Shown: positions 8,614 through 18,757, numbered from the stretch's first letter. The stretch is 64,000 bases of DNA from Pseudolabrys sp. (GCA_035623095.1 DASPUD010000110.1:18353-82352); one strand, 5' to 3'. A program made the numbers and translations. The notes: generated from the sequence alone by a model not told the origin.

Positions 8614-8880
8614 TCACTTGCTTAGCGGCGTTGAAAATCTCAAGCCAAGAAACGGGCGGCCGGGGCTCTCTTTCTTGAAATTGCTCATCCCGGCGGGGTC
8701 ATCGGGAGCTACGGTTTTCTTGGGCGCTTCCCCCTCGAATTTCAAGGAAGAGCCACCCAGCCGAATGGAAGTCAGCTCATCAATCTTCGAGTTTTTGTTA
8801 TTCTCGTTCTTCTCGTCAGCCCAACACGCAGGCGCAAAGCCCAACGATATGACAAGAACAAGACTGACAGCCTTTTTCAT
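8614..8880 (-). CDS. Small secreted hypothetical protein
   Basis: Signal peptide MKKAVSLVLVISLGFAPACWA-DE; 88 aa; C-terminal PFLGLRFSTPLSK. Confidence 0.7.
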   Translation of the reverse strand: MKKAVSLVLVISLGFAPACWADEKNENNKNSKIDELTSIRLGGSSLKFEGEAPKKTVAPDDPAGMSNFKKESPGRPFLGLRFSTPLSK

Positions 8881-8962
8881 CTGGCACCCCAAGAAGGTAG
8901 ATACAATCACACAGCTATGACTAAAGTGCAAAGGGCTTCCGGTCGCAGTCAGCCCCGCTACA

Positions 8963-10564
8963 ATGGTATTCAGGGACAGGGCGGCTGAGGCCTACCGGGC
9001 GGGCAACACACAGCCAGCAAATATAATGACTGATACGACAAAAGCATTGTCGCATGGTTCCACATTTGCTGTGGAACAGATCAGGTGGCCGACGACCTAT
9101 CGGTTGGCCGCTGTGTTGGCGCTCGTGCTTGCCATGGTCGCTGCGCGTTGCTGGGTCGTTGTCCACAGTGATTTTGAAACCGATGAGGCTTACTACTGGC
9201 TCTGGTCCCATGGCTTAGCGTGGGGTTATTTCGATCACCCGCCGATGATCGCCTACTTCATCCGGGCGGGAACTCTTTTCTTCGGCGATACCATCTTGGG
9301 CATTCGGAGCATGGCCATCTTTGCGATGGCCGCCGCTTCCGCGCTCGTCTACATCCTGACACTGGTCCTGTTCGATGACCGCCGCCTCGGTGCGCTGGCC
9401 CTGTTGTGGTTCAGCGTCATGCCGCATACGGCGTTCTTCTCGATCATTACGTTTCCCGATACCCCTGCCATTCTGTTCTGGTGCATTGCTTGCGTGGCAC
9501 TGGCCATGGTGTGGCGCAGTGGCCGCGGTGGGTGGTGGTATCTCGTCGGTGTGGCTACTGGGCTTCTGCTCCTCAGCAAATATACCGGCGTGTTTCTCAT
9601 TTGCGGCATTGCGGCGTGGCTCGTGCTCGCGGTCGAAATGCGGCCGTGGCTTACGCGGTGCGAGCCTTACATTGCCGGCATGATCGCGCTGGTGCTTTTC
9701 AGTCCGGTGATCGTGTGGAACGCCCAACACGGCTGGGTCTCATTTATCAAACAGTTCGGGCGCGCCTTTGACCATTCGCCGGTTGGCGGTCTCGACAACG
9801 TGGCTGTTTTTGTGGGCATCCAGGCGGCGTTTGTTTCGCCGCTCATATTCGCGTTCATCGTCGCCGGCCTCGCAGTCGCGGTTGTGCGCGGGATACGGCG
9901 CCAAGAAGCGAACTGGCTTTTGTTGGCGGTCACGTCGGCGCCGATGCTGCTTTATTTTCTGCTGCACGCCTTCTCGGCTGAGGTGCTGCCACAATGGCCA
10001 AGCGCCGTGTATGCGGCGGGTGTCGTTGCCGCAGTCGCCGCGTTTGCCACGCCGAAGGACAATGTCGAGCCTCGCTCCCTTGTGCGGTATTGCTTCAATG
10101 CGGCGCCATGGGTCGGGCTCGTATTCACGCTGGCTCTTCTGACACAGATGACTATACGGCCGGCCCCCATCGCGGCGGCAAATGATCCGCTCAGCCGGTT
10201 TGTCGGCTGGGCGGACTTGTCGGCAAAAACGCGTGTCGTGGTCGAGGCGCAGCAGGCTCATTACATCGTAACCAATGAGCAAGGTCTTGATGGCGCGCTG
10301 GCGTTCTATCTCCGAGACATCACGGTTTTTCAGGCGTCGGAATCCATCCGCTATGAATCGCTACCACCGGTGGATCAGGCTTTGCTTCGCCGGGCGGTCG
10401 GAATTTACATATCGCTGGCGCCTGCCGGCGATCTTGCTCTGCTCAAGAGTCATTATGATTCAGTTGAACTTGTTTCAACGATTTGGCGTACCCGCAGCGA
10501 AGACCGGATCGAGCCGTATTACATTTACCGGTTGAAGGGCTATCGCGGCGGTCTGCCACTCTAA
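8963..10564 (+). CDS. Glycosyltransferase family 39 / ArnT-like polytopic membrane protein
   Basis: DEAYYWLWS..LAWGYFDHPPM, FPDTP, LLSKYTG, SPVIVWNAQHGW; many TMs. Start may be ATG 9026. Confidence 0.9.
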   Translation: MVFRDRAAEAYRAGNTQPANIMTDTTKALSHGSTFAVEQIRWPTTYRLAAVLALVLAMVAARCWVVVHSDFETDEAYYWLWSHGLAWGYFDHPPMIAYFIRAGTLFFGDTILGIRSMAIFAMAAASALVYILTLVLFDDRRLGALALLWFSVMPHTAFFSIITFPDTPAILFWCIACVALAMVWRSGRGGWWYLVGVATGLLLLSKYTGVFLICGIAAWLVLAVEMRPWLTRCEPYIAGMIALVLFSPVIVWNAQHGWVSFIKQFGRAFDHSPVGGLDNVAVFVGIQAAFVSPLIFAFIVAGLAVAVVRGIRRQEANWLLLAVTSAPMLLYFLLHAFSAEVLPQWPSAVYAAGVVAAVAAFATPKDNVEPRSLVRYCFNAAPWVGLVFTLALLTQMTIRPAPIAAANDPLSRFVGWADLSAKTRVVVEAQQAHYIVTNEQGLDGALAFYLRDITVFQASESIRYESLPPVDQALLRRAVGIYISLAPAGDLALLKSHYDSVELVSTIWRTRSEDRIEPYYIYRLKGYRGGLPL

Positions 10565-10591
10565 AAACCGCAGACGTCTGCTGTTGCGGCC

Positions 10592-11869
10592 TCAACCCGC
10601 CGCCGTGCGAGAAACGCTTCGATCAGGACGGCTCGACGACCGCACTGTCAGGTATGCGTTGGCTGCTGTGAAGACCTGCTCGACGCTGATCGCGCTCATG
10701 CAGACGTTGTCAGTGCATGCACTCTTGCGATGGTTGTTGACGTTGACGCAAGGCGAGCAGGCAAGGCCGGCGTAAATCGGAATTGAATTGCCGAGAGGGC
10801 GGTATAGGTCCGGCGTTTCCGGTCCAAACAGCACGACCGTTGGCAGCCCGCTGGCCGCGGCAAAATGTGCCGGCCCGGAGTCGTTGCTGACCATAAAAAC
10901 AGCAAGCGAATACAATGCGGGCAGGTCAGTCAGGGCCAAAGACCCGGCGACCGAAACGCAACGGTCGCTCTGGGCCTGCGCGGCCAGCTTCTCCGCCTCA
11001 ACCCGTTCGTGCGGAGCGCCGGTAATCAGCACCACAACATCATCATAAGCCGCCAGAATGCGGCGGATCAGGTGCAGGAAGCGATTTGGCATCCAGCGCC
11101 TCTGAGGAAGCATTTCGCCGGCATTGGGATTTATCAGCACCACCCGGAACTGTGACACGTCATGCGCTGGGACCAGCGGCTTGATCTTGGCAAGCGCGGC
11201 CGCCCGCGCCGATGGCGACACTGGCCGCAAAGGAAGAGTTATTTCACCGTCATCAATAATGGTTTTTGAGTAAGGAACTGTCGGCGCCTCGCTCAAGAGG
11301 GCGTTCACCAGAGCGATGAAGTTCTTGGCGATATGAATGTGCGGATTGTATGCGACTTGATGCGTCAGCATATCGCCGCGATACAGGCCTTCATTGTTGA
11401 ATCGAAAAAAGCCCAAGCGCCGGTCGGCGCCGGATAGCCCGCTCAGCAATCCGGTGAATCGCGAAAATAGTTCAAGGTCGATCACCGTGTCGATTGAATT
11501 ACGCCGCGTCCAACGCAAAAAAGCCACTGTATCCAGGGCCAGCTCCCAGAGTGAGCTTGTGCGGATTGTGAAGACATTGGACGGTGCGACCGTGCCCATG
11601 ATTGCCAGCGATTCGGCATTGCGTGCAAAGATTACAAAATAATTTTCCGCACCGGTCCTTTCCCGGACCTTGCGCATGGCTGGGTCGGCGAGAATTGTGC
11701 TGCCCATTTCCGACAGCTCGATAAACAAAACACGAGCAATGGGACGTGGCCGGTTCGGTCGGAGGCGCCACCAGATTTTCAGAGCAATCGTCGCCAGGAA
11801 GCAGAGCGGCACTCCCGCAATGCGATCAATCCGGCGCATCGTGTCGATGCTGATACTATTTCCACTCAC
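10592..11869 (-). CDS. Glycosyltransferase family 9 (heptosyltransferase-like)
   Basis: ELSEMGSTIL, INPNA...RRW, SNDSGPAHFAAA..PTVVLFGP, C-terminal CSPC...C....CM. Confidence 0.9.
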   Translation of the reverse strand: MSGNSISIDTMRRIDRIAGVPLCFLATIALKIWWRLRPNRPRPIARVLFIELSEMGSTILADPAMRKVRERTGAENYFVIFARNAESLAIMGTVAPSNVFTIRTSSLWELALDTVAFLRWTRRNSIDTVIDLELFSRFTGLLSGLSGADRRLGFFRFNNEGLYRGDMLTHQVAYNPHIHIAKNFIALVNALLSEAPTVPYSKTIIDDGEITLPLRPVSPSARAAALAKIKPLVPAHDVSQFRVVLINPNAGEMLPQRRWMPNRFLHLIRRILAAYDDVVVLITGAPHERVEAEKLAAQAQSDRCVSVAGSLALTDLPALYSLAVFMVSNDSGPAHFAAASGLPTVVLFGPETPDLYRPLGNSIPIYAGLACSPCVNVNNHRKSACTDNVCMSAISVEQVFTAANAYLTVRSSSRPDRSVSRTAAG

Positions 11870-12050
11870 AATACTGTACCCCAGTCGTCCTACTACGCTC
11901 GCGTCGCGTATAGTAGCGGCTCAAATCATATTGGGAAACGACCTCGTGTGAAATTTCGGCCGTCCGGAATTTGATTGCCGTCGTATTGCGAAAGCGCCAT
12001 GATGTTGTTCCGATAAAGGGGAAAATCCCGTTCAGGGAAGGGGGAACGCC

Positions 12051-13223
12051 ATGCTGGCAAGACATTCGCTGCTGTTACCGCTCGCTGCTGCGGCATTTCT
12101 GACCACTGCTGGTTCCAACTCCGCGCCCGCCGCGCCATTCTTGATCATAGGCAATGACGAAAAGCTCCTGTGGGACGACAAGGGCGCCCCCGTCATCTCT
12201 CCCGCAGGCAAGGACTCGGTCGTTATCCTGGATCTGGCCAAGCCGGAAAACCCGAAAATCATCGCAAATCTTCCGCTGAAGAATTCAATCGTCGGGCCTC
12301 CGGTCAATCTTGCCATAGACCCCACCAATTCAATTGCGCTCGTTGCCGATTCTATCGACGTCACCAAAGATGGTGACAAGCTCAAGATGAATCCGGACAA
12401 CAAGGTCTACGTTATCGACCTCAAGGCTAACCCTCCGAAGCTTGCCAATACGATTACCGTAGGCAAACAGCCGTCCGGCCTGAGCATCAACGCGGCCGGC
12501 AATCTCGCGCTCGTAACGAACCGCGCCGACAAGTCGATCAGCGTGCTGTCGATCAATGGTACCGACGTGAAAGTGATCGATACGGTTGATCTCGGGGGCA
12601 TTCTCTCGCACGTGGTGTTCACGCCCGACGGCAAGCGCGCGCTGGCAACGAAGTTCAATGATCACAAGGTTTCCCTGCTCGACGTGAACGGCGAAAAAGT
12701 GACCTACAACAAACTCGATTTGCCGACCGGGCAGTGGCCCTACAACGTCGCGGTGGCGCCGAACGGTAAGATCGCGCTGACAGCCGACAACGGCGCTTCC
12801 GGCTCGTCTGATGGGAGTGTTGACACAGTCAGCGTGGTCGATCTTGAGCTCAATCCGCCCCGCATCACTGACCGCGTCGTCGTCGGCGATGGTCCGGAAG
12901 GCCTGGCGATCTCCCCCAAGGGCGATGTCGCAGTGGCGCTGATCCTCGCGGGCTCCAACAACAAAAGCGCCTATTTCTACAAGAAGAACGGCAGCATTTC
13001 AGTGCTGCGCATCTCTGGCAAGAAAGTGACCAAGGTCGGCGATGTTGAAGTTGGCGGCTTGCCTGAGGGCGTGGCTTTCACTCCGGACGGCAGATACCTC
13101 TACGTCGGCAACTATCTGGATCAGGACATTTCGATCCTGCGGGTGAACGGAACGCAAATCATCCCGGTCAAGCGATTCAAGTTGTCCGGCCATCCGGCGT
13201 CGATTCGCATGAGCACGCGTTGA
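12051..13223 (+). CDS. YncE/YVTN-like seven-bladed beta-propeller secreted protein
   Basis: Signal peptide; repeated VGxxPxGxAxxPDG blades (VGKQPSGL, VGDGPEGLAISPKG, VGGLPEGVAFTPDG). Confidence 0.88.
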   Translation: MLARHSLLLPLAAAAFLTTAGSNSAPAAPFLIIGNDEKLLWDDKGAPVISPAGKDSVVILDLAKPENPKIIANLPLKNSIVGPPVNLAIDPTNSIALVADSIDVTKDGDKLKMNPDNKVYVIDLKANPPKLANTITVGKQPSGLSINAAGNLALVTNRADKSISVLSINGTDVKVIDTVDLGGILSHVVFTPDGKRALATKFNDHKVSLLDVNGEKVTYNKLDLPTGQWPYNVAVAPNGKIALTADNGASGSSDGSVDTVSVVDLELNPPRITDRVVVGDGPEGLAISPKGDVAVALILAGSNNKSAYFYKKNGSISVLRISGKKVTKVGDVEVGGLPEGVAFTPDGRYLYVGNYLDQDISILRVNGTQIIPVKRFKLSGHPASIRMSTR

Positions 13224-13245
13224 GTTCTTTGTGGCAATTGTGCCG

Positions 13246-13276
13246 AGAAAGACCGCCGCTGGGCGGTCTTTCTTTT
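13246..13276 (+). terminator. Rho-independent terminator
   Basis: AGAAAGACCGCC-gctg-GGCGGTCTTTCT followed by TTT. Confidence 0.8.
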
Positions 13277-13327
13277 GATGCCTGTTCGAAGAAATGGCTT
13301 GTTGTATAAAGAAGCGAGAAACAGGGG

Positions 13328-14518
13328 GTGGATCCCGTGGCACGCGACCCGAGGCAGCAAGCGAGCCGTGATCAGGCAACGGTCGCCTTTATCGAAATAG
13401 CGATCCGTCTCGTCGCTCTCGCGCTTCTTCTTTATTGGGCGCTGATTCTTATCCGGCCCTTTATTTCAATCGTTATCTGGAGTGTCGTGCTCACAGTTGC
13501 GCTCTATCCGATTTACGAGTGGATGTCGCGATGGCTTGGCGGGTACCGGCGCCTTGCTGCCCTACTGATCACGGTTCTTAGCTTGCTGGTGGTCATTGGA
13601 CCGGCGACATGGCTTGCATTGGGTCTGGTCGACAGCTTGCGGGTCATTTCCGAGCGGCTGGACTTTTCCACCCTGACGATTCCTCCACCGTCGTTGACCG
13701 TGAAAAACTGGCCGCTGATTGGCGAACCGATCTACCAGTTCTGGGATCTTGCTTCGACCAATTCCAGGGCCGCGCTCGCCAAAATCATCCCGCAGCTTAA
13801 ACCGCTGGGAACCAGCTTGCTTCGCATAGGCGCCGACACCGGCCTCGGCATCATCAAGTTTCTTGCTTCGATCATCGTCGCCGGTTTTCTGTTTCTGCAG
13901 GCGCCGGCGCTCGTGGATGCCGTCAAGAAGTTTTCACGCAGGCTGAGCTCGGAGCGCGGCGAGGAATTTGTCAATCAGGCGGGGGCGACGATCCGCGCGG
14001 TTTCGCGTGGCGTTATCGGCATTTCCGTTCTGCAGGCCTTGCTCGCGGGCATTGGCCTTATGGTTGCCGGCATCCCCCAGGCGAGCCTGATCACGTTCGG
14101 CGTCCTGGTCTTTGGCATCATCCAGATCGGCCCATCGATCATCCTTATCCCGGTCATCATTTGGGTCTGGATGACGATGGAAACCACCTCGGCGCTGTTG
14201 TTCACGGCCTACATGGCGCCAGTCAATTTGCTCGATAATATACTTCGGCCGCTCGTCATGGGCCGCGGATTGAAAACGCCGATGCTGGTCATATTGATTG
14301 GTGTCATCGGCGGAACATTGGCTTACGGGATTACAGGGCTTTTCCTCGGACCCATTGTGCTCGCCGTCGTATGGGAGCTTTTTGTCGTCTGGATCGGCGA
14401 CAACGAAACGCCGCTGCTCGGCGGCCCCGGACCCCGAAAAGTCACGACGCCGCGCGGTCAGGCTCTTGAGGAAGAAGATCGGCCAGGACGGCTGCGTCCG
14501 CCGCGGTCCGAACAGTGA
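13328..14518 (+). CDS. AI-2E (PerM) family transporter
   Basis: Polytopic; DNILRPLVMG...P.LVILIGVIGG...GITGLFLGP motif. Confidence 0.92.
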   Translation: MDPVARDPRQQASRDQATVAFIEIAIRLVALALLLYWALILIRPFISIVIWSVVLTVALYPIYEWMSRWLGGYRRLAALLITVLSLLVVIGPATWLALGLVDSLRVISERLDFSTLTIPPPSLTVKNWPLIGEPIYQFWDLASTNSRAALAKIIPQLKPLGTSLLRIGADTGLGIIKFLASIIVAGFLFLQAPALVDAVKKFSRRLSSERGEEFVNQAGATIRAVSRGVIGISVLQALLAGIGLMVAGIPQASLITFGVLVFGIIQIGPSIILIPVIIWVWMTMETTSALLFTAYMAPVNLLDNILRPLVMGRGLKTPMLVILIGVIGGTLAYGITGLFLGPIVLAVVWELFVVWIGDNETPLLGGPGPRKVTTPRGQALEEEDRPGRLRPPRSEQ

Positions 14519-16199
14519 TCGGCTCGTTGCGTCCACGTACCGAAACTTCAGTTCGCGCCAACGCATCGCCGTCGAGTCCGGCGGTGCCATAGACCTCGTC
14601 GGAAATAATGACCTGGCAATTCAGCGTCTTGGTCATATCCTGAAGGCGAGCTGCGACGTTCACCGGATCACCCAGTGCGGTGAACACGGTCCGGGTGCGT
14701 GATCCGATATCGCCGATAATGACCTCGCCGCCATTGATGCCGATGCCGAATTCGATCGGCTTGCCGAGGTCGTTTGCCATCTGCCGGTTCATTTGGTCGA
14801 TATTCGCCGCAATGAGTGCCGCCGCGCGGATTGCCTGCCGGCAGGCGGTTTTCGGGTCAACGTCAAGGCCGAACAGAGCCAACATGCCGTCGCCGAGAAA
14901 CTGATTGGGCTGGCCGCCCGCGTCAGTCACCGCCTGCGACGCTGCGGCAAGGAAGCGGTTGATCAGGAAAACAACGTCAAACGGCAGACGGCCTTCCGCA
15001 AGCCTGGTTGAACCCCGCATGTCTACGAACAGGTTGACGATGTAGCGCTCGCGGCCCGGGTTGACTCGTTGTCGGTTGCGCACGAAGTCCGCGCTTGTAT
15101 TCGGCGGCAGGAGTGGAACGATTGAGATATCGGCCTGCGGCCGCAGCTGACAGGCAAGGCGGATGGCGGGGTCCCGACCGGCGCCAACGCGCGCGAGCAC
15201 GAATTTTTCGCGCGGGGAGGGTTCAGGCAGTGCGGCAAGATCGCCGATAACGCGAATGCGGCAGGTCGAGCAGCGGGCACGTCCGCCACAGACGCTGGCA
15301 TGCGGGACATTGAACCGCAGGCTTGCTTCGAGGACGCTCAGTCCTTTCGGCACGCGGATTTTTCGATCGGGATAGGCGAGGGTCACCATGCCATGGCTGC
15401 GTTCACGCAAGGTGCGCACGCCGCGTGCAGCAAACACTAACCCTATTGCCGCCGCGTACCCGATCGGGAAATAGAACAACGTGATGTCGTCGACGGCGGC
15501 GCGCTGCGCCGGGGGAAAAGGCTTTATATGCTGCGCGCGCCATTCCGGATTTGCTGCAAGGCGGACGACTTCCTGCGCGCCATGATGGGCGCCGATCATC
15601 GCAAGCGGCGGCAACAAGACCGCGACCGAAAGCAGGATCGGCGATGCCCATTTGAAAAATGGTTTCAGCCGCAGCCAGAAGTAAAGCCCGATGCATGCGT
15701 GAACCCAGGCGACCGTAAGAAGAGTAAACTGCACCAGGATCATATGCGGCCGGCTGACCCAATATGCATACAACGCCAGCGCATAAGTGCCCGGCGCGTT
15801 GCTATACATGACTCCGGCGATACGTTGAGCGCCGAGATGACTTGCAATCAAAAGCGGAATGCTCAGACCGAGCGCAAGCTGCGCGATCTCGACCGCGGCA
15901 TAACGAAAATGCCGCCGCCGATAGAGCGCCCATAAACCCAAAGCAAAGTGCGTGGCCGCGGCGGCGTAAAGCGTGTAGTTCACGATCGGAATGCGCCACC
16001 ACCAGACATGAAATTGCAGCCACCATTCCATCGCGGGGTACGAAATATTTCCCAGTGCGTGATTGAAGAAATGCGAAAAGATGTAGGCGAACATGACGAG
16101 GCCGCAGGCGAGGCGCACTTGCCGGACGCCAATGCCGTGCCATGCTGGCAATCTGGTTGCGGCCGCGCCGCTCGTGTTTGCGCCCGCTGCGACGCGCAT
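14442..16199 (-). CDS. cyaC: CyaC-like class III nucleotide cyclase with a heme-b membrane anchor and 2Fe-2S ferredoxin domain
   Basis: TM His residues (SHFFNH, THF, SHL, WVHAC); HASVCGGRARCSTCR...RLACQ; FVDMRGST, FLGDG, GDPVNVAARLQ. Architecture matches S. meliloti CyaC. Confidence 0.85.
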   Translation of the reverse strand: MRVAAGANTSGAAATRLPAWHGIGVRQVRLACGLVMFAYIFSHFFNHALGNISYPAMEWWLQFHVWWWRIPIVNYTLYAAAATHFALGLWALYRRRHFRYAAVEIAQLALGLSIPLLIASHLGAQRIAGVMYSNAPGTYALALYAYWVSRPHMILVQFTLLTVAWVHACIGLYFWLRLKPFFKWASPILLSVAVLLPPLAMIGAHHGAQEVVRLAANPEWRAQHIKPFPPAQRAAVDDITLFYFPIGYAAAIGLVFAARGVRTLRERSHGMVTLAYPDRKIRVPKGLSVLEASLRFNVPHASVCGGRARCSTCRIRVIGDLAALPEPSPREKFVLARVGAGRDPAIRLACQLRPQADISIVPLLPPNTSADFVRNRQRVNPGRERYIVNLFVDMRGSTRLAEGRLPFDVVFLINRFLAAASQAVTDAGGQPNQFLGDGMLALFGLDVDPKTACRQAIRAAALIAANIDQMNRQMANDLGKPIEFGIGINGGEVIIGDIGSRTRTVFTALGDPVNVAARLQDMTKTLNCQVIISDEVYGTAGLDGDALARTEVSVRGRNEPITVRTAADAAVLADLLPQEPDRAAS

Positions 16200-16298
16200 A
16201 ATTAACCCCTGTCAGCGAATGATGCACCGGCGTTGAAGCGAGAGGTGCGTCTGTGGCAAGTCAGGGAAATATACCGAATTTCACGTCGAAATATTCCC

Positions 16299-17204
16299 AT
16301 GAGCACCGGAAAAGAGCCGCCACCTATTGCCGGCCCAGTCGCGAAGCCCTGCAGGCCGCGCCAATTGCCGCTGCCCGATGCCTGGGATTCACATGCACAT
16401 ATCTTCGGGCCGGCAGGGAAGTTTCCCTACGCGCCAGGCCGCGGCTATACGCCGCCGGACGCCCCAGTCGAGCGCTATGTGGCGCTGCTCGATCATCTCG
16501 GATTTGCGCACGGCGTGCTGGTGCAGGGCAATGCACACGGCTTTGACAATCGCGTTCTGCTCGACGCGCTTTTGCGTCATCCGCAACGGCTGCGCGGTGT
16601 CGCCATTACTGACACCCGCATTGCGCCCGCTGTCCTGCGGGACTGGCACAAGCTCGGCATGCGTGGACTCCGCTTCCATCTGTTCTCGGAGGTTGGGAAA
16701 CCCGGATATGTGCGCGGCGTCGGACTCGACGTGTTCGAGGTGTTTCGTTCAGCGATGGGAGAGCTCGGTTGGAGCATGCAGGTATTTTGCGATTGGCGCC
16801 TGATGGCGGAAATCGGCCCGAGGCTGCGCGAAATCGCGCGCGAGATGCCGGTCATCATCGATCACATGTTGCATATTCCAGCGCTGCGCGGCGTAAACGA
16901 TGCGAATTTCCAGGCGCTGCTGAAGCTTGTTGGCGAGGGGCAACTTCATGCCAAAGTCTCCGCGCCTTATCGGTTGTCTGATCAATTTCCCGACTATCCT
17001 GACGCGAAGCCGTTTCACGATGCGCTTGTCCGCGCAAACCCGGAACGGCTGATGTGGGGCACCGATTGGCCGCATCCGTCGATCCCGGGCAACATCATGC
17101 CGGACGATGGTCATTTGCTGGACCTGTTTTTTGAATGGACGCCGGACGCAGCAGTGCGCCGGCGTATTCTCGTGGAGACGCCGGCGCGATTGTTCGGTTT
17201 CTAG
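16299..17204 (+). CDS. Amidohydrolase_2 family protein (LigI / 2-pyrone-4,6-dicarboxylate lactonase-like)
   Basis: WDSHAHIFGP, VLVQ, IIDHM, LMWGTDWPHP. Confidence 0.88.
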   Translation: MSTGKEPPPIAGPVAKPCRPRQLPLPDAWDSHAHIFGPAGKFPYAPGRGYTPPDAPVERYVALLDHLGFAHGVLVQGNAHGFDNRVLLDALLRHPQRLRGVAITDTRIAPAVLRDWHKLGMRGLRFHLFSEVGKPGYVRGVGLDVFEVFRSAMGELGWSMQVFCDWRLMAEIGPRLREIAREMPVIIDHMLHIPALRGVNDANFQALLKLVGEGQLHAKVSAPYRLSDQFPDYPDAKPFHDALVRANPERLMWGTDWPHPSIPGNIMPDDGHLLDLFFEWTPDAAVRRRILVETPARLFGF

Positions 17205-18340
17205 GCGGCCTTCGGCCATATTTGTTTCGAGGCCCGGCGCGCGCCTTCCGCCAGCGATTGCAGCTTCAGCCAGACAATTTTGCTATCGACCTGGACACGA
17301 CCGGCAAATGTGCCAAAGCCGCAGTCGACGCCGGCAATGACGTTCTCGCGGCCGGCTGCGGTCGCAAAATTCACGATGCGATCAGCGACCACTTCCGGAT
17401 GCTCGACAATATTGGATGTCGAGTCGATCACTCCCGGAATTAGCTTTTTTCCTTCGGGTAAGCGAATATCCCGCCAGATCTTCCATTCATGTTCATGCCG
17501 CGCGTTGGCTGCTGGAAACGAAACCGCATGCGGGCGCGCCGACAAGACGATATCGATGATGTCGATCAGCTCCACGTCGGTGTGGTGCGGCGCCATGGTC
17601 GAGCCCCAGCAGACATGCATGCGCATGCGGTCCGGCGGGAGGTCGCGCACCGCGTGATTGAGCGCGGCGACATTGGTCGTGATGATCTTGCGATAGTCGG
17701 CAATGGGCAGGTCGAGGTAGACCATGTGCCGCAGCATCGCGAGATCCGGGCAATCGAGCTGAAGAATGAAACCGGCCTCGACAATCGCCCGATATTCGCG
17801 TCGCATGACGTCGGCAAGCGCGAAAATGTAAGCCTCGTCGGTCGGGTAGTAGTTGTTCTTCAGATAGCGCGCAATCTGTCCCGGCGAAGGCGATGTCATG
17901 AAAGTGTCCGCGGCCTTCGCGCCCTGCGTGGCTTGCTTGGCAAGCGCGATGTCGGCTTGCGCTGCCGGCCAATCCTTCCAGTCGACAGGACCGGAGCAGG
18001 CCGGGCGGTACTGGAACGGAGAAGCAAAGTGCTTGAGCAGTGCGGCAAGCTCGGGAAATTCGTCGTCGCCGGTGCCGAGTGGGGGCGAACTGGCCCCCTC
18101 GTAGCCCGTCAGTCGTCGCATCACGTGCACGGTGTAATCGGTGCGGCCCTGTTCACCGTCATTGATGATGTCGAGGCCGCATTCGGTCTGTTTCTTTACG
18201 ACCTGCGCGACCGCTTCGCTCACTGCCTTGCGCAGCTCGTCGCGGCGGGCGCCAGGCATTTTCTCTTCGGCAAGCAGCAGCTCCACCACCCGGGCGGTCC
18301 GTGGCAGGCTGCCGGTATGGGTGGTGAGGATGCGATTCAT
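17201..18340 (-). CDS. Cobalamin-independent methionine synthase II family (epoxyalkane:CoM transferase-like) protein
   Basis: TTHTGSLPR, DGEQGR, LQLDCPDLA, HVCWG, PGVIDS, DCGFGT. Confidence 0.9.
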   Translation of the reverse strand: MNRILTTHTGSLPRTARVVELLLAEEKMPGARRDELRKAVSEAVAQVVKKQTECGLDIINDGEQGRTDYTVHVMRRLTGYEGASSPPLGTGDDEFPELAALLKHFASPFQYRPACSGPVDWKDWPAAQADIALAKQATQGAKAADTFMTSPSPGQIARYLKNNYYPTDEAYIFALADVMRREYRAIVEAGFILQLDCPDLAMLRHMVYLDLPIADYRKIITTNVAALNHAVRDLPPDRMRMHVCWGSTMAPHHTDVELIDIIDIVLSARPHAVSFPAANARHEHEWKIWRDIRLPEGKKLIPGVIDSTSNIVEHPEVVADRIVNFATAAGRENVIAGVDCGFGTFAGRVQVDSKIVWLKLQSLAEGARRASKQIWPKAA

Positions 18341-18343
18341 TTT

Positions 18344-18643
18344 CTAGAAGCCGCGCATAACTTCGACCACATGCTCGACATTCGGCGGCGACGAGAAGCA
18401 ATGGCCGACCAGCTTGCGCCATTCGTGAAAGTCGGGGGATTCGCGGAAATCCTTGGTGTGGTTCTCCAGCGTTTCCCATTGCACGAAAAGCCGGTAGCGC
18501 TGCGGGATTTCATACGAGCGCTGCAAGTTCATGGACTTGCAGCCTTTGGCACGCTTGAAAATCGGCCCGGCCTTTTTTACGCCGGCTTCGAATTCGGCTT
18601 CCATTCCGGGTTTCACGTCAATCTGCGCAATTTCGAGGATCAT
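18344..18643 (-). CDS. Antibiotic biosynthesis monooxygenase (ABM) family protein
   Basis: MILEIAQIDVKPG.EAEFE...LFVQWETLENH..FRES. Confidence 0.88.
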   Translation of the reverse strand: MILEIAQIDVKPGMEAEFEAGVKKAGPIFKRAKGCKSMNLQRSYEIPQRYRLFVQWETLENHTKDFRESPDFHEWRKLVGHCFSSPPNVEHVVEVMRGF

Positions 18644-18757
18644 GGGTGCAGCCTTCGATAGCGAGGTCATCAGATGCAGCATTATGGTCTGCACTTACCC
18701 CGGTGAAAAGGACAGGCGCGCGGAAACCCGCCCGCCTGCAAGCGAAGATGCGAGAGG

